Shown here piece after piece: positions 61,825 through 64,000 of a DNA stretch of 64,000 nt. The notes beneath the pieces are model-generated. The model was not told the DNA's origin. It ran no database searches and was given only the letters and a program-made list of their open reading frames with translations. Source of the stretch: Lama glama (Eukaryota). The position numbers were made by a program, and so were the translations under genes. Where the stretch lies: positions 26,352,001 through 26,416,000 of the forward strand of contig CM052816.1 of the NCBI GenBank assembly GCA_028534125.1, written 5' to 3'. Positions within the stretch are counted from its first letter, which is position 1. Each line of letters begins with the position of its first letter.

Positions 61825-63430
61825 CAGCGTGATGTCTCACCCCCTGAATACTGTCTTCAGAGCAAGGGCGTTCTCTCACAATATCACAGTACCATGATCA
61901 TATGGAAGAATTTGATACGAGTAGTTAATTTGGCATATTCAACAAACCACATTTAAAATTCTCTAATTCTCTAGACAACTTAATTTTGCATATTCAACAG
62001 ACTATTTCAAAGTCTCTCAATTCTCTAAACACGTTGTTGTTGCTGATTTTTCACCTTTAGCCAGAATCCAGTCAAGGATGACACGTTGCTTTTCACTGTC
62101 ACATCTCTTTGGTCTCCTTTAATCTGGAACAGTCCACTTCCTAGTTTTTCTTCAATGCCGTTGAAAATTTGGAAGAAACCAGGCCAGTTGTTTGTAGAAT
62201 GTGTTGTTTATCTGGATTTGTTGATATCTTTTCTCATGTTTAAATTAAGGTTAAATATTTTTGACAATAATACTGCATAAGTGAGTTAATGTTCTCCAGA
62301 AGTCTGTAATGGCCGTTTGTCCCATTATTGGTGAGACTACATTTGAGCCCTTAAGCTAGATCTCTCCCTTGTAAAGTTACCCTTTTTCCCTTTATATATA
62401 TATGAACTCAATAGTAATATGGAGTACAAAGCTTTTACAGCATGCAATCCTCCCTTCCCCCACCCACAATAGTAGACAGAATAATACCATCCCCATCCCA
62501 TTCCCCCTGCAGACATCTGTGTTCTAGTCCCTGGGACCTGTGAATGTGTTAGGTTAGGAGATGGATAAGGGGAATGAAGGTAGTGGATAGAATTAAGATT
62601 GCTGACCAGCTGACCTGGATTATCCAGGCTCTTAAAAGTGGAAGATGGAGGTACAAGACTCAGAGGGAGAGGAGACTACGGAAGAAGGCTTAGTGAGATA
62701 TGACTTTGTTTTCTTTGAAGATGGAAAAAGGGAGTCACAAGCTGAAGAATGCAGGCATTTTCTCAAAGCCGGGAAAGGCAAGGAAACAGATTGACCCCTG
62801 AGGCTTCCGGGAAGGAATGCAGACCTGCTTGATTTCAGCCTGGTGAGTCCCGAGTCTGACTTCTAACCTACGGAACTGTAAGTTAACAAATTTGTGTTGT
62901 TCTAAACCCTTGAATTTTGGATAATTTGTTGTAACAGTAATAGAAAACAAATACAACCCCTAAAATTGCATCCACTTATTTTAGCATGCACTGATGATTC
63001 TTTTCTGTATAAGTTCTTACACTGGGAGTTGTAAACGGTGGTATTTACTAAGTCCATCAGTCCTTTCTCATCTAATAGCTTCCCGCTTCTCTTTTTCCTT
63101 ATTTCCTTCCTCTTTCTCTCTTGAGTATCATAGATGCATTGATTCTTTTTCTAAATTCACCGTTATATAACCCATTACTTGCATTTATTTTTGATGCTCT
63201 AATTGTCCCAAATTGGAGCAGCAGTAGCCGCTTCAGGCTGACTCCTGTGTCCATCTAGCATAGCCTCAGTTATCTTAGAACACTTTCTTGCTTTCTCAAA
63301 TATAGTATTTAGGGTTAAATTTATCCCTTTCCTATCGCAAACCTGGTATCCACCGTTTTAGTCAAGGAGCACTAGTTTTATTTAATGAAGAATGACATTT
63401 AGAAACCTGGGTGATAGGAGGACTAATTTT
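61825..63430 (-). mobile_element. L1MC4/5-like 3'UTR, split by an MLT1D LTR
   Basis: GTCTCCTTTAATCTGGAACAG, GGCCAGTTGTTTGTAGAATG and TTTTTGATGCTCTAATTGTCCCAAATTGG, antisense L1MC 3' motifs. Confidence 0.75.
62467..62955 (+). mobile_element. MLT1D-like MaLR solo LTR
   Basis: CCTGGGACCTGTGAATGTGTT...GAATTAAGATTGCTGACCAGCTGACC...AAGGCAAGGAAACAGATT...ATAGAAAACAAATACA. Confidence 0.88.
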
Positions 63431-63479
63431 TATTGATACATTAGTATCTCAGTGTAATTTCAGTTTTAGTAGGCAGTTG

Positions 63480-64000
63480 AACATTCTTGCAAAGTGAGAC
63501 TTTGTTCTAACTTTTTCTCTGAACTATTCATGTAGATTGCCCATTTTCTATCAGCTTGGCTTTTTTTTTCCCCCTCATTTTGAGTCCTTTGTATAATAGG
63601 GAAAGGAGCTTTTTGTGAACATAATTGCAGTTGTTTTCTCCAAAATTTTCATTTATTTTGCATCATTTTTCAATACACTTTAAAATGTCTCAAGAACATC
63701 TGTTGCAGAGTCCATCTTTTCCCCCAGCATTTGATGTAATTTCTTTATGATTCACTAGATTGCTACATATTTTGGGCTCTGTTATTGAACTTCTTATTCT
63801 GTTCTGCTGGTCAGTCAGTTCATGCACCAATACCACAGAATTTTAGGGTTTGGATAATATGTTAATATATTAGGGCTGGTCAACCCTTACTGACTTTTTC
63901 CAGAAGTTTCCTAGCTACACACGTGTGTTTTTATATGAATGTTAGATTTAACTGCTCTAGCTCCCAGAAAACTTGGTGTGTTTACGGGGACTGCATTAAA
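63480..64000 (-). mobile_element. Ancient L1M ORF2 remnant running off the window
   Basis: TATTCTGTTCTGCTGGTC...CAAATACCACA...TTTTATATGAATGTTAGA...GGACTGCATTAAA, antisense ORF2 motifs. Confidence 0.7.

Noticed and set aside
62805..62813. Perfect GAS site TTCCGGGAA in the MLT1D LTR
   Set aside because: A single 9-mer with no supporting context; not distinguishable from chance.
1..64000. CRISPR arrays, operons, defence systems, NUMTs, non-retroviral viral insertions or processed protein pseudogenes
   Set aside because: The sequence is mammalian repeat-rich DNA; I saw no regularly spaced repeats, long coding frames, or mitochondrial or viral similarity by eye. A BLASTX of the masked sequence would be needed to exclude short or very old remnants.

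Overview
AT-rich mammalian non-coding DNA, intronic or intergenic. The source is most likely a camelid (alpaca, llama or camel), judged from a camelid-type tRNA-derived SINE at 10.9 kb and the LINE-1 (L1) 3' ends. I found no recognisable host protein-coding exon; every ORF with a recognisable translation is an L1 ORF1/ORF2 remnant. About half the window is transposon-derived: L1s of several ages, L2, MIR, MaLR and ERV1 LTRs, Tigger2, hAT-Charlie and MER94. The main structures are: (1) an 8.6-kb nested L1 complex (26.2-34.8 kb) containing a young, apparently full-length L1 with a CpG-rich 5'UTR, an exact 14-bp TSD and a body hidden by a 500-N gap; (2) a tailless 5'-half tRNA-Tyr retrocopy between exact 21-bp direct repeats at 8.45 kb; (3) a twin-primed, 5'-inverted L1 at 1.56-2.65 kb; (4) an isolated 23-bp exact L1 snippet near another L1; and (5) several repeat-poor blocks that may be regulatory. 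I cannot support a claim of a wholly new biological system here. Repeat family names come from recalled consensus motifs, not a database search, and boundaries of old elements are approximate.
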